From the NCBI GenBank assembly GCA_036803245.1, contig DAIRUQ010000002.1:10723-74722 (forward strand): a DNA stretch of 64,000 nt. The letters are read 5' to 3'. The notes below the pieces were generated by a model. The model was not told where the DNA came from. It did no database searches and saw only the letters and a list, made by a program, of their open reading frames with translations. The position numbers were made by a program, and so were the translations under genes. Source of the stretch: Chloroflexota bacterium. GTDB taxonomy: Bacteria > Chloroflexota > Anaerolineae > UBA1429. This document shows, in pieces, positions 49,877 to 57,423 of the stretch (position 1 is the stretch's first letter; every line of letters starts with the position of its first letter).

Positions 49877-50764
49877 ATGCCTGACCAGGCGGTCGCACAG
49901 CCCTATCCCTCGCCCAAGCCTACCCGGCAGGAGCGGCTAGCCGGCGTGGATGGATGCACCCTGTTCTATCAGACTTGGGAACCCGCTGCGAACGCTCGCG
50001 CCCTGGTGATCATCTGCCCAGGCATCGACGATCACTGCGACCGCTACCCGCACCTAGTTCGCGCACTGCTCGCAGAAGGCTATGCCGTATTGGCCTACGA
50101 TCACCGGGGCAACGGGCGCTCCGAGGGAGCGCGCATGCACGTCGATAGCTTTGACCAGTACGTGCGCGATCTGGATCTCGTGCGAGAGCGAGCGCTAGGC
50201 CTCTGGCGGGGCATCCCCTGGTTCCTCTTTGCCCATAGCATGGGCACGACAGTGGCGCTCACCTACCTGGCCGAGGGTCTATCGCCGCCGCGAGGGCTGA
50301 TCGCCTCGGGCACGGCCTTGGCGGCCGGTACAGGGTTCCCTCCCGTCATGTTGGCGCTTAACCGCAGCTTGGCGCGCATCGCGCCCCGCCTGCGTTTGGT
50401 GGGATTGCCTCGCGAGGGCATCTCGCGTGACGCGGACTGGAGCGCATGGGGAGATATCGATCCGCTGGTTGCCCGCCAACGCGCTACGGCTCGACTCGGG
50501 AACGAGCTTCTGACCGCGCTCGAGCGTTTGCGGGCCCAACTGGATCGGATCTCTGTGCCGCTGCTGATCCTGCATGGCACCGCGGACCAGTTGACGGATC
50601 CGCAAGGGGCTCGCTTGCTCCATGACCAGGCATCCAGCCCCGACAAGTCGCTGCGCCTCTACCAAGATGCGTACCATGAGGTCGTGAACGATCTGCCAGA
50701 GACGCGTGAAGCCGTCCTTTGTGACATTCTTGCCTGGCTGGGCGAGCGAGTCACCCTCAGGTGA
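49877..50764 (+). CDS. Alpha/beta-fold hydrolase (lysophospholipase/monoacylglycerol lipase-like)
   Basis: HRGNGRSEG and FAHSMGTTVAL (GxSxG), with a C-terminal HGTADQLTD...YHEV matching the Asp/His positions of the triad. Confidence 0.8.
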   Translation: MPDQAVAQPYPSPKPTRQERLAGVDGCTLFYQTWEPAANARALVIICPGIDDHCDRYPHLVRALLAEGYAVLAYDHRGNGRSEGARMHVDSFDQYVRDLDLVRERALGLWRGIPWFLFAHSMGTTVALTYLAEGLSPPRGLIASGTALAAGTGFPPVMLALNRSLARIAPRLRLVGLPREGISRDADWSAWGDIDPLVARQRATARLGNELLTALERLRAQLDRISVPLLILHGTADQLTDPQGARLLHDQASSPDKSLRLYQDAYHEVVNDLPETREAVLCDILAWLGERVTLR

Positions 50765-50825
50765 TGGCGCTTTGTCGGCCCGCCCGTCGCATGGTAGAAT
50801 CCAACCGCAGCCGCTCGGTCGCAGT

Positions 50826-50898
50826 GGGCCCATAGCTCAGTGGTAAGAGCGACCGGCTCATAACCGGTTGGTCCCTGGTTCGAGCCCAGGTGGGCCCA
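50826..50898 (+). tRNA. tRNA with CAU anticodon (elongator tRNA-Met, or tRNA-Ile2 if lysidinylated); 3' CCA not encoded
   Basis: Acceptor GGGCCCA/UGGGCCC with a G1-C72 pair (so not an initiator), discriminator A. Anticodon stem ACCGG/CCGGU with loop CUCAUAA. T-arm CCUGGUUCGAGCCCAGG. Confidence 0.85.
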
Positions 50899-50944
50899 CT
50901 CCCCTATCACCAGCGACACCACAATCCAAGGACTCGAGGCATCC

Positions 50945-51736
50945 ATGACCACCCCAACCAGATGGCTGCATACCGTCGTCCTGGCTGGTGGCCCGGCAGA
51001 GCCCGATCCGCTTTCGGTCGAGGCGGGGGTCGCCACCAAGGCGTTGCTCCCCATCGCTGGCCGCCCCATGGTCGCGCATGTATTGCAGGCCCTCCAGCGT
51101 TGCGACGCGATCGGCCCCATCACAGTCGTCGGCCTGGAGGCGTCGCTCCTCGAGGTGATCTGCGAGGGGCCTCCTCTGCGCTGCCTACCTAACCATCACG
51201 GCATCGTCGACAATATCCTGGCGGCCACAGAGGGACTGGATGATGCCACACCGGTCCTTGTAGTTTCAGCCGATATCCCCCTCTTGACGCCCGAGGCAGT
51301 ATCGAGCTTTATTCAGAGTGCCGAGCTATCAGGCGGTGAGCTGTGCTATGCCGTCGTGGAACGTGCGGTGATGGAGGCACGGTTCCCCGGCTCTGGTCGG
51401 TCCTTTCGTCACACCCGTGAGGGAGACTTTGCTGGGGGCGACCTGTTCTTGGCCACCCCCCGCCTATTTCGTACCCATGCCGGGCTGGCGCGAGGGCTGT
51501 CCGATCAGCGCAAGAGCGCCTGGGGGCTGGCGCGTCTGTTGGGGTTAGGCGTTCTGTGGCGGCTGGCCACGCGCCGCCTGACGATCCGCAGCCTGGAGGC
51601 GCGCGCCAGCACGTTGCTGGGCTGTGACTGCAAAGCGATCATCTCCGAGCACCCCGAGCTGGCGATGGATGTGGACAAGCCACACCAGTTGACCATGATC
51701 CGCCACGCCCTGACCTTGCCCGCTGACACCAGATGA
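50945..51736 (+). CDS. MobA-like nucleotidyltransferase-domain protein
   Basis: HTVVLAGGPAEPD...KALLPIAGRPMVAHVLQAL resembles the NTP_transf_3 (MobA/CofC-like) N-terminus. Overlaps the next gene by 4 nt. Confidence 0.65.
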   Translation: MTTPTRWLHTVVLAGGPAEPDPLSVEAGVATKALLPIAGRPMVAHVLQALQRCDAIGPITVVGLEASLLEVICEGPPLRCLPNHHGIVDNILAATEGLDDATPVLVVSADIPLLTPEAVSSFIQSAELSGGELCYAVVERAVMEARFPGSGRSFRHTREGDFAGGDLFLATPRLFRTHAGLARGLSDQRKSAWGLARLLGLGVLWRLATRRLTIRSLEARASTLLGCDCKAIISEHPELAMDVDKPHQLTMIRHALTLPADTR

Positions 51737-52272
51737 CTGGAGCCCTTTCTGACCAGCCTTGCTCGGGGTTGCTGGACGCTGATACCCGCCTGTCGGCAGC
51801 TCTGCGTAGCCCCCTGAAGGGACGCCCTCGGCTGGCCCGATTCGCCGCAATCGTCGCCCACAGCGGGGATGGCCTCCTATGCTACCTGACCATGGCGATC
51901 ATCGGTCTCCGGGCTCCGCTGGCTCGCCCAGCCCTGTGGCGGACGGTCTTGGCCACGCTGGTGGCCGCGGCCATCGTGGCGGCGGGCAAGATGGCGTTCC
52001 GTCGCTCCCGCCCGCTGGGAGACGAGAGCGCCCGCTGGAGCTCTCTGGGCAAGCATGATGCCCATGCGTTTCCTTCCGGCCACGCCGCTCGCACCGCGGC
52101 CATCGCCACCATGGCCTGGGCGGCATCGCCTCACCTGGGCCTGGCGACAACCGCCTGGTGCCTAGCGGTTAGCCTGAGCCGCGTCATGCTGGGAGCCCAC
52201 TATCTGGGCGACGTTGTCGCGGGCACGCTGGTCGGCGTGGTCGCGGGCCTAGCCGTTTCCTGGCTCGCCTAA
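51733..52272 (+). CDS. PAP2-family phosphatase (phosphatidic acid phosphatase type 2 superfamily), membrane protein
   Basis: KMAFRRSRP, PSGH (FPSGHAARTAA) and HYLGDVVAG match the three PAP2 motifs (KxxxxxxRP, PSGH, SRxxxxxHxxxD). Confidence 0.85.
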   Translation: MTGALSDQPCSGLLDADTRLSAALRSPLKGRPRLARFAAIVAHSGDGLLCYLTMAIIGLRAPLARPALWRTVLATLVAAAIVAAGKMAFRRSRPLGDESARWSSLGKHDAHAFPSGHAARTAAIATMAWAASPHLGLATTAWCLAVSLSRVMLGAHYLGDVVAGTLVGVVAGLAVSWLA

Positions 52273-52293
52273 CCCCTAGCGCATCCCACACGC

Positions 52294-52326
52294 AAAACGA
52301 GGCGCCCCGTGGGGCGCCTCGTTCAA
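52294..52326 (-). terminator. Rho-independent terminator for rpoD (hairpin ACGAGGCGCCCC..GGGGCGCCTCGT followed by a U-tract on the minus strand); weakly bidirectional
   Basis: Perfect 11-12 bp GC-rich inverted repeat 20 nt after the rpoD stop. The minus-strand read continues TTTTGCGTG. Confidence 0.6.
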
Positions 52327-52345
52327 TCTCACATGTTCGCAGCGG

Positions 52346-53587
52346 CTAGAGATAGTCCCGGAGTTGTCGCGCGCGGCTGGGATGCCGCAGCCGGTCCAGC
52401 GCTTCGTGCTCGATCTGACGGATGCGCTCACGCGTCAGCTTGAACTTGCGCCCCACCTCTTCCAAAGTGTAGCTGTGGCCATCCTGTAGCCCAAAGCGCA
52501 TGCGCAGGATCCGCGCCTCGCGCGGCGTCAACGTCGTCAGCACGTCGTCCAGGCGCTCTTGCAGCAGGTGCTGGTAGGCCGTATCCGGCGGCGTCGGCGC
52601 CTCGTCATCGGGGATAAAGCTTCCCAGCTCGCTATCCTCTTCCTCGCCAACCGGCTTTTCCAGCGACAGCGGTCGCTGCGATACCTTGAGCATCCACTGC
52701 ACCTTGGCGGCCGGTAGGCTCAGCTCCTCGGCGATTTCCTCAGGGGTGGGCTGTCGCCCCCAATCCTGCTCGAGCTGCTGCGCCACCTGATAGACCTTGC
52801 GGATTCGATCGCTCAGATGCACCGGCAGACGGATCACGCGGCCCTGATCCGCCAAGGCACGGGTGATGGACTGGCGGATCCACCAGGTCGCATAGGTGCT
52901 GAACCGGTGGCCCCGATGGTAGTCGAACTTTTCGACGGCCTTGATCAGGCCCAGGTTCCCCTCCTGGATCAGATCCAGGAACGGCACGCCCTGCCCTAGG
53001 TAACGCTTGGCGATGCTCACCACCAGGCGCGTGTTTGCCTTGATCAGGTGCGCTCGGGCGTTCTCGCCACGCACCGCAAGCCGAGCGAGGTCGTCACGGG
53101 CGTCCTCGTCGAGGTCGTGATTCGTGTCGAGACGCTTCTGTGCCTCCAGGCCCTGCTCAAGCGCCTTTGAGAGGGACACCTCTTCCTCGGCTGTAAGCAG
53201 AGGTACCCGGGCCATCTCTTTTAGGTATAGGCTAATCGTGTCATCGCTAGAGATCTCGCTCAGATCAAAGCCCTGCCGCTTGCGATTGAGCAGATCATCA
53301 GCGATGGTGTCTCCATCGTCATCGACGTCCGGCTCCTCTTCAGCCTCGACGGCGGCCAGCGCAGCCGCGTCGTCGGCGCCAGCATGCTCGCCACGGTCAT
53401 AGATGATCTCAACGCCTTGCTTGTCCAGCAAGGTAAGCAAGTCCTCTAGCTCCGTGAGGCAGTCCTCGACGTCAGGAAAGACCTCCATCATGTCGTCGAG
53501 CGTAACAAAGCCCTGGCGCTCGCCCTTGGCTACGAGTCCCTTTACGGCCGGGTTCGCCTCCAAGCAGAGTTGTGTGTTGTCTGTCAT
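52346..53587 (-). CDS. rpoD: RNA polymerase primary sigma factor (sigma-70)
   Basis: 413 aa. Regions 1.2 to 4 including [40 protein letters not shown] (region 2) and a region 4 helix-turn-helix ([20 protein letters not shown]). Confidence 0.95.
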   Translation of the reverse strand: MTDNTQLCLEANPAVKGLVAKGERQGFVTLDDMMEVFPDVEDCLTELEDLLTLLDKQGVEIIYDRGEHAGADDAAALAAVEAEEEPDVDDDGDTIADDLLNRKRQGFDLSEISSDDTISLYLKEMARVPLLTAEEEVSLSKALEQGLEAQKRLDTNHDLDEDARDDLARLAVRGENARAHLIKANTRLVVSIAKRYLGQGVPFLDLIQEGNLGLIKAVEKFDYHRGHRFSTYATWWIRQSITRALADQGRVIRLPVHLSDRIRKVYQVAQQLEQDWGRQPTPEEIAEELSLPAAKVQWMLKVSQRPLSLEKPVGEEEDSELGSFIPDDEAPTPPDTAYQHLLQERLDDVLTTLTPREARILRMRFGLQDGHSYTLEEVGRKFKLTRERIRQIEHEALDRLRHPSRARQLRDYL

Positions 53588-53651
53588 AGTTTCACCACCC
53601 GAAATGCAACATGCAGCTTAAGCTGCCAAATGACCAAAGCACGGCGCACAA

Positions 53652-53679
53652 AACCGCCGAGGAGGCTCCTTCGGCGGTT
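53652..53679 (-). promoter_or_regulatory. Stable GC-rich hairpin with a downstream U-tract inside the rpoD 5' leader (attenuator/terminator-like)
   Basis: Minus-strand read AACCGCCGAAGGAGCCTCCTCGGCGGTTTTGTGC, located 60-90 nt upstream of the rpoD start codon. Confidence 0.3.
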
Positions 53680-54057
53680 GGGAAGCATCTGCCAGCGCGT
53701 GATTGCATCACCCTACCACCGCCGGCCTCTTTCTAGACCGTCACGGGTACTCTGTACCCTGCACCGGCCAACCTCTCCTCACGGGAAGGCACCTCTATCC
53801 TACTACGCTGTAGCTCTATATGTCAAGTCCCAGCCTCGTAAAGACCGTGCCGATTGCTCGCGTGTGGCATACCATCGGCGCAACGATGCGTCGATGCCGA
53901 CACACGAGCAACTCATTATACCATACGAGCGACACCCTGTCCACTATTCGGTTGGGAGCAAAACCACTCAGTTCGGGCTCGCAGCGGTTACATTGTGACT
54001 GGCCCATCGCCGTGCTATACTCAGCCGCATAGGCTGTCGACAGGGAGATACCCACGC

Positions 54058-54804
54058 GTGGCGAAAAAGCTTGGCAAACACACACCCTATTTTGAGCTGC
54101 TTGAGGCCCAGGCAAAGGCCGGATGCCCCCTATGCCGCTTAGTCTACCGTGCCACCGACCGCTACCTCGATAGCTTGCTCTATGAGGCGGTCCTGGATCC
54201 GGATGTTCGCGACAAGCTCAAGCAATCCCAAGGGTTCTGCCGAGAGCATGTGGCCATGCTTAGCCGCCAACCGGGGCGGGCCCTTGGCATCGCCCTCATC
54301 TACCGCGACATAGTGCGGGATCTGTCCGTCGGCCTTCACAAAGCGCAGATCCAAGAACGAGGATGGATCGATCGGCTACGGGAGCGCCTGCCCTGGCATC
54401 GGCGCCAGGCCACGCTGCCGGCCACCCGTCAGTGTCCCGCATGCGACATCGCCCAGCGCCACCAGGATAGCTATATTGAGCTGCTGCTGGCCCACCTCGA
54501 CGACGTCAAGCTGAGCGCCGCCTACGCAGAGGGAGAGGGGCTCTGCCTGGATCATCTCATCCTCGCCATCGACCGCGCCCCCGACCAGGCCACTGTCCAG
54601 CGGCTTGTCCAGCCGCAGATCGAGCGCTATACGGTGATGCTCCATCATCTCGACGAGTTCATCCGCAAGCGTGATCACCGTTTCCGCCACGAGCCGATGG
54701 GCGAAGAGGGCGACGTCTGGCTGCGGGCCATGAACGCAGTGGCTGGCGGCGCCGGGCTGGGCCTATCACCCAAAAGCGGCGGCCGCCAGACCGAGGACGT
54801 CTAG
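54058..54804 (+). CDS. Hypothetical zinc-binding protein with an internally duplicated CxxC-(N~35)-CxxH module
   Basis: GTG at 54058 with AGGGAG RBS and a TTGTGA-17-TATACT promoter upstream. Motifs CPLCRL...CREH and CPACDI...CLDH. Transcribed divergently from rpoD. Confidence 0.6.
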   Translation: MAKKLGKHTPYFELLEAQAKAGCPLCRLVYRATDRYLDSLLYEAVLDPDVRDKLKQSQGFCREHVAMLSRQPGRALGIALIYRDIVRDLSVGLHKAQIQERGWIDRLRERLPWHRRQATLPATRQCPACDIAQRHQDSYIELLLAHLDDVKLSAAYAEGEGLCLDHLILAIDRAPDQATVQRLVQPQIERYTVMLHHLDEFIRKRDHRFRHEPMGEEGDVWLRAMNAVAGGAGLGLSPKSGGRQTEDV

Positions 54805-54823
54805 TCAGGCGCGGGCCCGACGC

Positions 54824-55942
54824 CTATTCGATCGTCACATCCATATCAACGGGCACGATCTGGAACCAGCTTTGGCCCGGGCGCAGCGCAACCTGCTCAC
54901 CATCGTCATCCCAGAACACCAGCGGTTCGTTCTTGACCACGCGTTCCCAGGTCACCTCAAGACCCACGCCATCGCGGCAGATCACCGCCGGTCCGCGATC
55001 CTGCAGCCAGATGTCGATGGCGGTGCTACCCAGGCTATCCTCAACGATGTCGGTCGCCCGGTGCTCGGCATAGACGATCACCACGTTGGCCGCCGTGATC
55101 TGCTCATCAGTTAGCGCGTCCAGGTGCGGCGTTCCGGCCACCGAGCGTCGGTAGAGTCCCGTGCCCTCGTCATACTCCCATCCCACGGCCGACGAGCCCG
55201 AGTAGGGAATCGCGACCTGTTCGGCCGGGGGACCTGCGGGAACTGTCTCGTCAAATAACAGCGGCGTCACGGCGGGTTCGCCCTCCCAGTCCCTCTTGGC
55301 CAGAAAAGCGTGGACCGCCTCCACCGAGGTATACATCCGCCCGCGCCAGTCATACCCCGCTAACACACCGTACGGCTCGGCGTAAAAGTACTGGTCGAGG
55401 TCGGTAAAGTCCTCCTGACTGATCAGCCAGCGAATCGGGTCGCTGGCGCCGCTGTGGACCAGGACCGCGTTGAACATGGGAACGATCTGGAGGCTGCTGA
55501 GACGTGCGCTACGGATGGGCCGAATGCGCGTTGCATCGTTGGCCAGATAGAGGGCCGTGAACCGCGTCACGCTGTTGCCCTCCATGATCTCCTCAAAGAC
55601 GATCTCGGCCTGGCCCAGCCCCTCCTGAGGGCGAATGATCGGATCGTTGCCCACCCGTACCGCCAGGACGCGTCGCTCCAAGAGACTCAGGTCCTCCTCG
55701 CGGAGACCCGTCAACGGGTTGATGTGAGCGTCTGGGGTTGGTGTCGGCACCGGCGTCTCGGTAGGAGTCGGCGTGGCAGTGGCATCGGGCGTAGCGGTGG
55801 GAGGGACGCTCGTCGGCACTGGGGTAAACGTCGGCTTGGCAGTCCTCGTGGGATCGATCTGGGGCTCCACGGTCGGATCGGTCCCCGTACAAGCCACCAA
55901 CACCAGCATCGCCAGGCACAGAATCCAGAACGCTCTCTTCAT
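54824..55942 (-). CDS. DUF3048-domain lipoprotein
   Basis: Start at MKRAFWILCLAMLVLVAC (lipobox LVAC) with GGAGAAGAGG RBS. Pro/Thr-rich linker, then a domain I recall as DUF3048 (ITAANVVIVYAEH). Confidence 0.7.
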   Translation of the reverse strand: MKRAFWILCLAMLVLVACTGTDPTVEPQIDPTRTAKPTFTPVPTSVPPTATPDATATPTPTETPVPTPTPDAHINPLTGLREEDLSLLERRVLAVRVGNDPIIRPQEGLGQAEIVFEEIMEGNSVTRFTALYLANDATRIRPIRSARLSSLQIVPMFNAVLVHSGASDPIRWLISQEDFTDLDQYFYAEPYGVLAGYDWRGRMYTSVEAVHAFLAKRDWEGEPAVTPLLFDETVPAGPPAEQVAIPYSGSSAVGWEYDEGTGLYRRSVAGTPHLDALTDEQITAANVVIVYAEHRATDIVEDSLGSTAIDIWLQDRGPAVICRDGVGLEVTWERVVKNEPLVFWDDDGEQVALRPGQSWFQIVPVDMDVTIE

Positions 55943-56068
55943 CCCTATCCTCTTCTCCATGTTGATCTGAGCGTTGCATCCATTGGACGCCAACCAGCCG
56001 CGGTTTGATCCAACCAGATGGTGAGCGCGTATCCTATGGGGTGAGCCGTATGGCAGGCCGCAGCGGCC

Positions 56069-56527
56069 CTACGGCTCTGACGGAGGGGCCAAGCCGCCAG
56101 GGTCAGATGGCGGGTCTCCTAGCAGCAGAGCCTTCCAAGCGCGCCAGGTCTCGTTTCGGAAGAGCGCCGTGCTCTCGAGCGCTTCAGTCATGCGAGCCGG
56201 CGAGGACGGGGCTGGAGTGGCTGGCACGCCGGCCGTGACAGGGATGGCCCGCACGCGGACCTCGTCAGGCGCCAGCAATCCCATGGCGTGGAGCTGCTCC
56301 ACCACCCAAGCATCGGTCCCGCGTCGCTCCAGCTCGAACGAAAACTGGGCCACCTGCCGCTCGATCTCGGCGTTCTCGGAGACCAGTTGGTCGCGCCAGG
56401 CACGCAGGCGCACCAGCTCGACCACCTGCTTGATGTACATCCGCACCACCAGCAGCCCCACAATGGCCAAAGCCACCGGAGCCAGGCGCCGCAGCCGCGA
56501 TTTGGTTTGGGGCCGCATGTTCTGCAT
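56069..56527 (-). CDS. Septum formation initiator family protein (FtsB/DivIC-like)
   Basis: N-terminal TM helix followed by a coiled-coil (LVRLRAWRDQLVSENAEIERQVAQF) and a Pro-rich C-terminal tail. Confidence 0.65.
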   Translation of the reverse strand: MQNMRPQTKSRLRRLAPVALAIVGLLVVRMYIKQVVELVRLRAWRDQLVSENAEIERQVAQFSFELERRGTDAWVVEQLHAMGLLAPDEVRVRAIPVTAGVPATPAPSSPARMTEALESTALFRNETWRAWKALLLGDPPSDPGGLAPPSEP

Positions 56528-56577
56528 CTACACCTCGCCCGCCATGCTACCGACAGATGGCCGCGCCGTCAACTACG

Positions 56578-56606
56578 TTGCCTTTACGCCGTGAGGACGG
56601 TATAAT
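56578..56606 (+). promoter_or_regulatory. Sigma-70-type promoter (TTGCCT-17nt-TATAAT) for the response regulator / hybrid kinase operon
   Basis: Direct read: TTGCCTttacgccgtgaggacggTATAAT. Confidence 0.45.
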
Positions 56607-56668
56607 CCCGCCCATGACGCCGCCAAAATCGGAGGATGTGCGCATCGTCATCGGGAGGAGGTGTCGGT

Positions 56669-57373
56669 ATGGCTGATCTGGTACTGGTCGTCGACGATGA
56701 GGTCGATGTCACCAACATGATCTCACGCTCGCTCATGATGGGGGGGTTCGAGGTGATGGTCGCGCATCGCGGCGCTGACGCGTTGCAGCTGACGCGTCAG
56801 CGAACGCCCGATCTCTTTATCCTGGACATCATGATGCCCGGCATGAACGGCATCGATGTCTGCCGGCACGTCCGCGCCAATCCCGAGCTGCGGGCCGTGC
56901 CGATCCTCTTTCTCACCGCTCGCCACGAGATCGAGGACAAGATCGACGGATTCGAGGCGGGAGCCGACGACTATCTGACCAAGCCGTTTGACCTGCGTGA
57001 GATGGAACTGCGCGTGCGCGCGTTGCTCCGCCGCAGCCGCCACGACCTCACCTCCGCCGATCTTGAGCGCATCGAAGTCGGCGACATCGCCCTAGACTGT
57101 AACAGCTACGAGCTCACCACGCCCGACCGCGTGGTGCTCTTGACGCCGGTCGAATTCGAGCTGGTCCAGTTTCTCATGCGCCATCCCGGCCATGTCTACT
57201 CTGCCGATGACCTGCTGCAAGAAGTCTGGGGCTATCCCCCAGGCACTGGGATGCCGGATCTGGTGCGCGTCCATATCAAGAACCTGCGGGACAAGATCGA
57301 GCTGATGCCCAAGGAGCCCAAGTACGTTCGGAACGTGCTCCGTCGCGGCTATATGATAGTGGGCGGCAGATAG
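56669..57373 (+). CDS. OmpR-family response regulator (REC + winged-helix DNA-binding)
   Basis: Start at MADLVLVVDDE. Receiver domain with phospho-acceptor Asp (DLFILDIMMPGMNG) and a C-terminal Trans_reg_C region (VYSADDLLQEVWG...VRVHIKNLRDKIE). Confidence 0.9.
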   Translation: MADLVLVVDDEVDVTNMISRSLMMGGFEVMVAHRGADALQLTRQRTPDLFILDIMMPGMNGIDVCRHVRANPELRAVPILFLTARHEIEDKIDGFEAGADDYLTKPFDLREMELRVRALLRRSRHDLTSADLERIEVGDIALDCNSYELTTPDRVVLLTPVEFELVQFLMRHPGHVYSADDLLQEVWGYPPGTGMPDLVRVHIKNLRDKIELMPKEPKYVRNVLRRGYMIVGGR

Positions 57374-57423
57374 CGAGCTGGTTCGTAGAATGAGCTGTCG
57401 CCGTGTAGCGTAGGTGGTCAACT

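Noticed and set aside
34583-50898. Integrated mobile element or genomic island between the two tRNAs
   Set aside because: No integrase, recombinase, transposase or phage genes are present, and I could not see attL/attR-like direct repeats of tRNA 3' ends. It is kept only as a low-interest synteny check.
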